Source: an uncultured bacterium (GTDB taxonomy: Bacteria > Poribacteria > WGA-4E > GCA-2687025). From it: 64,000 nt of DNA. The notes beneath the pieces are model-generated. The model had not been told where the DNA came from and searched no databases. It worked only from the letters and a program-made list of their open reading frames with translations. The stretch covers positions 2,408-66,407 of the forward strand of contig CAYYPK010000034.1 of NCBI GenBank assembly GCA_964473525.1, in the 5' to 3' direction. Position 1 is the stretch's first letter, and every line of letters begins with the position of its first letter. Of this stretch, positions 60,505 through 64,000 are shown in pieces. Both the position numbers and the translations under genes were made by a program.

Positions 60505-62883
60505 TCAGGAAGGAGTACCGTCGGTTCTGTCCGCGAGCGGGATCTCGATCAGAACCGTTGCTCCCTCGCCTGGGGTCGACTCCACCGTCACGCGCCCACC
60601 CACCATCCTTGCGCGTTCCTGCATTGACAGCAGGCCGAAGCGGCCTTCGACGGGACCGGCGAAGACTGCTTCGTCGTCGAACCCAACGCCGTCGTCCTCG
60701 ACCAGTAGAGACACGATGTGGTCGCCTTCGACGTGGGCCATTTGTAAGGCAACTGTCACCGCCTGGGCCTCCGCGTGTCGCACTACGTTTGTCAGGGCCG
60801 TATGTGCCAGGCGATAGAGTCCCACCTCCATCTCCGTCGATGCGGAGAGGCCGTCAGGATTGTGGATGTGCAGGTTGGCCGTGAACCCAGCGTTCTTCGC
60901 GAGTACACCTAGATCGCGGCGCAGGGCCGTCTCCAGACCTAGATCGTCGAGTGAACTAGGGCGCATGTCGAACGCGATCTGACGGATGTCCTCCAGCGTG
61001 CTCGATGTTACCTTGCGCAGCTCCGTCGCCTGGCGGGTAGCGTCCTCGGTTGTCTCGGCCGACTCTATGACTCGCAGGCCTATGAGAACCGACGTGAGCT
61101 CCTGCCCGACCTGGTCGTGCAACTCGCGGGCGATGCGGGCGCGCTCCTCTTCCTGTACAGCCAGCATGCGGTCCATCAGTTGCGTGCGCTGGTTCTCGCC
61201 GTCCTCGAGCGCTCGCGCGGTGGCGCGATGCTGCTCCGCCTCCCGCGCTAGCGCCGCCGTGCGGTCCTCGACCCGCTGCTCCAGGTCGGCGTTCAGACCG
61301 ATGAGCTCATCTCGCATCGCTTTCTGCTCGGTGATGTCCCGAACAACGCACGCGTAAAGCCTTCGGCCCTCGAGCAACACCTTCCCGATGGACATGCTCG
61401 CCGGGAAAGTCGTGCCGTCTTTGCGCCGCCCCTGCACCTCTCTGCGCGTGCCTACTGCCGTAGCTTCGCCCGCGCGCAGGTAGCCTTCGACGTAGCGGCC
61501 GCCCGACCGCCCGTCAGGGGCGGGCATCATCGTGCTGACATCCGAGCCCAGCAATTCGTCCCTGTCGTATCCGAACATGTCCGCCGCGGTGGGGTTCAGC
61601 GACGCGATACGCCCCTGGGCGTCCATTGTGATGATGCCGTCGACCGCTCCGTCCATGATCGCGCGCAGGTGCGCTTCACTGTCACGCACGTCCCGGATCG
61701 CTCGCTGACGCTCCGTGACGTCCGTCACCAACGCCATGAACCCACGCACGGAGCCGTCGTCCGCTATGTCGGGCACGTAGAGGCAGTCGGCATCGCGAGG
61801 GCCCTCCTCGCCTCCGGGCATTTCGAAGTCGAACCGAACGCGCTCGCCGGCCAGCGCCGCTTGGATGCCGTCGCGCGTCGCCTGGTAGAGAGTCTCGCCG
61901 ATGGCGTCGCGTACAGGTGTCCCGGGTATGTTCTCGGTGTCCCACCCGAACCAGTCGTTGTAGGCGCGATTGCAGAACACGTATCGCTCCTCCGTGTCGA
62001 CGTAGGAGATGAGCACCGGAAGGCTGTCGGCGATCAGCCGCGCCTGTTGCTCGCTCTGTCGTAGCGCGTTCTCCGCGTGCCGCCTGTCGGTGACGTCCAT
62101 CGTGACGCCGACAAGACGCCACCTGTCTGGGCCATCGGGCTCGATGAATACTTCCTCGTGGAGCCAGCGCGCCATGCCGTCGCGATCGACGCATGGGTAC
62201 TCCTGGGAGTAGCGTGGCGCGCCTGACCTTATGGCGTTGCGGCTGGTGCGTTCCATACGTGGGACATCTTCCGGCCGCCGCGATCGGTTGACGGCTTCGT
62301 GCCACGCTTCGCCAGGATGTAGGTCGACCGGGAGGAATCTCTCGGCAACGGCTTCGTCTACTGGGTCGACGTGCCAGTGCAGTTCGCCAGCGTGATCCGT
62401 TACCTTGGCGTGCCACAGCAGGCACTGCACGCCGGCTATGACGGCTCGGAGCTGGTCTTCGGCGCGGCGTCGCTTGGTGATCTCGGAGACGGTCCCGGTC
62501 AGGCGCCAACAGTTCTCGCCCACTGCGTCAATCACTACGTCCTCATGCAGCCACACCATGTCGCCGTACCAGTCGACGTGGCGCACATCCTCCGCGTACG
62601 ACGGCTCGCCCGCGAGGATGGCTTGCCGCGCGGTTTCGTCGGCGCGCCGCGCGTCCTCCGGCACGCGCGTTCGCAGTGTCCGCTCCCACGTATCACCAAG
62701 GCGCGCGACCTGCGGGAGCACACGGGGGAGTACCTCTGGGTTCACGACGCTCTGGTCCCACTCAAGGGATCCGTCACGCAGCGTTACGTCTGCCGTCCAC
62801 ACCAGGCACCGCATCCGCGATAGCGCTTGCTGGAGGACTGAATCGGGCATATGTTCAGGCATTCGGTCGGCCAATCGGCGCAC
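60505..62883 (-). CDS. Cytoplasmic multi-PAS sensor histidine kinase (HisKA_3 + HATPase_c), paralogue of 15836..18613
   Basis: H-box 'RIARELHDQVGQELTSV'. Its PAS is homologous to the FixL-like PAS of the paralogue but reads 'MMPAPDGRSGGRYVEGYL', with no His at the proximal position. Confidence 0.8.
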   Translation of the reverse strand: MRRLADRMPEHMPDSVLQQALSRMRCLVWTADVTLRDGSLEWDQSVVNPEVLPRVLPQVARLGDTWERTLRTRVPEDARRADETARQAILAGEPSYAEDVRHVDWYGDMVWLHEDVVIDAVGENCWRLTGTVSEITKRRRAEDQLRAVIAGVQCLLWHAKVTDHAGELHWHVDPVDEAVAERFLPVDLHPGEAWHEAVNRSRRPEDVPRMERTSRNAIRSGAPRYSQEYPCVDRDGMARWLHEEVFIEPDGPDRWRLVGVTMDVTDRRHAENALRQSEQQARLIADSLPVLISYVDTEERYVFCNRAYNDWFGWDTENIPGTPVRDAIGETLYQATRDGIQAALAGERVRFDFEMPGGEEGPRDADCLYVPDIADDGSVRGFMALVTDVTERQRAIRDVRDSEAHLRAIMDGAVDGIITMDAQGRIASLNPTAADMFGYDRDELLGSDVSTMMPAPDGRSGGRYVEGYLRAGEATAVGTRREVQGRRKDGTTFPASMSIGKVLLEGRRLYACVVRDITEQKAMRDELIGLNADLEQRVEDRTAALAREAEQHRATARALEDGENQRTQLMDRMLAVQEEERARIARELHDQVGQELTSVLIGLRVIESAETTEDATRQATELRKVTSSTLEDIRQIAFDMRPSSLDDLGLETALRRDLGVLAKNAGFTANLHIHNPDGLSASTEMEVGLYRLAHTALTNVVRHAEAQAVTVALQMAHVEGDHIVSLLVEDDGVGFDDEAVFAGPVEGRFGLLSMQERARMVGGRVTVESTPGEGATVLIEIPLADRTDGTPS

Positions 62884-63426
62884 CTACGTCGTTGGGCCGT
62901 ACGCACAGCTACTCGTGGCAAGCGGCCCCGGCGCCGTCACATCCGTGCATCTGGGCGGGAGGACGGGTCTAGACTCGCGCATGTCGCGGGCGCGCGGCCA
63001 CACGCCAAGTATATGGGGTGCATGACCCTCTACGCACCGGCTGTCGTGCGGACCTCGTGATCGAGGCATGGGACGCACGCCGGCTCCGGCCGCCAATGGG
63101 CGCCGTGCCGACGGAGCCGCAGAGGCATGGCTGCTCGGGCCTCTCGCCGCCTTGGAAACGCGTTGAGCGCAGGCATCGTCGCTAGGACGCAAGCGTCCGG
63201 TCGCTCGCGACAGGATCCCGCACGTGTGTAACCCCTTGACCGGTGTGCTCGATTCATGTACTTAGCGTTGGACTCCGTTTGATGACGCGCGCGTGAGCAT
63301 CGACATCTCAGCATTCGTGACGCGCGCCGGATATCGAGGTTCCCGTTAGAGCGCCAGCCGCAACCTACACCTGGCGGCTTAGCAGTGCCGACCGACTACG
63401 CCTTCCCGTCTCCTTGGAGGATTTAC

Positions 63427-64000
63427 ATGCGAAGCAAAGCGCGACGGATGTTATGGGCCCGATTGAGCAGCGTGCTGTTGCTGGTGTTAGTGGCGCCGCA
63501 CGCCTTTGCGCAGGACAGCCTGGACTCCGGCGATACCGCCTGGATGATCGTGTCCTCCGCGCTCGTGATGCTCATGGTGCCGGGTTTGGCGCTGTTCTAT
63601 GCGGGCATGGTACGTCGGAAGAACGTGCTAAGTTCCATGATGCATTCGTTCATCGCTCTCGGAGTCATCACCGTGCAGTGGGTAGTGATTGGCTACTCGA
63701 TCGCGTTCGGTGACGACATCGGCGGACTGATGGGGAACCCGGCGACGAAGTTCCTCATGATGGGCATCACACCGGAGAAGCTCAACGGGAGCGTGCCAGA
63801 GCTGGTGTTCGCGATGTTCCAGGGCATGTTCGCCATCATTACCCCAGCGCTCATCAGCGGGGCCATCGCCGAGCGTGTGAAGTTCAGCACGTACATCGTC
63901 TTCATCGTGCTGTGGGCCACCCTCGTCTACGACCCGCTCTGCCACTGGGTGTGGGCCGAAGGAGGTTGGCTGTTCGAGAAGGGCGCGCTCGATTTCGCTG
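63427..64000 (+). CDS. amt: Ammonium transporter (Amt family), 5' part; runs off the window
   Basis: My own translation from the ATG at 63427 (TGGAGGA SD): signal peptide, then 'DSGDTAWMIVSSALVMLMVPGLALFYAGMVRRKNVL...FQGMFAIITPALISGAIAERVKF..WATLVYDPLCHWVW'. The frame is open to nt 64000. It is absent from the ORF track, presumably because there is no stop in the window. Confidence 0.9.
   Translation, partial: MRSKARRMLWARLSSVLLLVLVAPHAFAQDSLDSGDTAWMIVSSALVMLMVPGLALFYAGMVRRKNVLSSMMHSFIALGVITVQWVVIGYSIAFGDDIGGLMGNPATKFLMMGITPEKLNGSVPELVFAMFQGMFAIITPALISGAIAERVKFSTYIVFIVLWATLVYDPLCHWVWAEGGWLFEKGALDFA

Noticed and set aside
63414-63713. Track ORF of 99 aa at the start of the last gene
   Set aside because: It is in the wrong frame. 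The frame starting at ATG 63427 gives an unmistakable Amt ammonium transporter N-terminus and stays open to the window end.
1-64000. CRISPR arrays, transposases/IS elements, prophage genes, rRNA
   Set aside because: I saw no regularly spaced direct repeats, no DDE, serine or tyrosine recombinase-like ORFs, no phage structural genes and no rRNA-like sequence while reading both strands.

Overview
High-GC bacterial chromosomal segment: 60-nt lines I counted by hand were mostly 63-67% GC. It is densely coding on both strands. I can support about 50 CDS and 2 tRNAs. I saw no rRNA, CRISPR array, transposase, integrase or phage genes. Ordinary metabolic genes are present: trpB-trpA, citrate synthase, a partial ammonium transporter, sulfatase, Gfo/Idh/MocA oxidoreductase, OYE-type flavin oxidoreductase, FAH-family hydrolase, creatininase-family protein, PhyH dioxygenase, MFS transporter and an acyltransferase. 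These are interspersed with an expanded set of exported proteins (PD40/TolB-like beta-propellers, LamG and DUF1080-like jelly rolls).

Main observations:
1. Thirteen signal-peptide or membrane-anchored proteins of different folds end in the same short tail, [KR]-x-[AT]-T-x-W-[GA]-x-[LI]-[KR]. I do not recognise it as a described sorting signal.
2. Three ECF sigma factors each carry a C-terminal non-sigma domain (ankyrin; a DUF1080-like copy of the neighbouring secreted protein; TM plus PD40 propeller plus the same tail). None has a recognisable adjacent anti-sigma gene.
3. An in-frame TGA falls on the second Cys position of a thioredoxin CxPC motif and is followed by a SECIS-like hairpin. The host protein is a Trx-PDZ-PDZ protein encoded next to a DsbD-alpha-like lipoprotein.
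4. Two family members are interrupted by a single in-frame stop at likely Trp codons.
5. There is an adenylate cyclase / NB-ARC / TPR STAND protein.
6. There is a lower-GC gene for a membrane protein with two tandem DUF5919-like domains.
7. There is a FixL-like haem-PAS HisKA_3 kinase, plus a paralogue that lacks the proximal His.
8. An HTH-fused citrate-synthase-like protein is divergent from citrate synthase, with a palindrome in the AT-rich spacer.

Many long ORFs in the six-frame track are antisense or off-frame shadows, as expected at this GC content. I refined starts using GGAGG-type Shine-Dalgarno sequences and signal peptides. All family assignments were made by eye from motifs. No database search or folding program was run.
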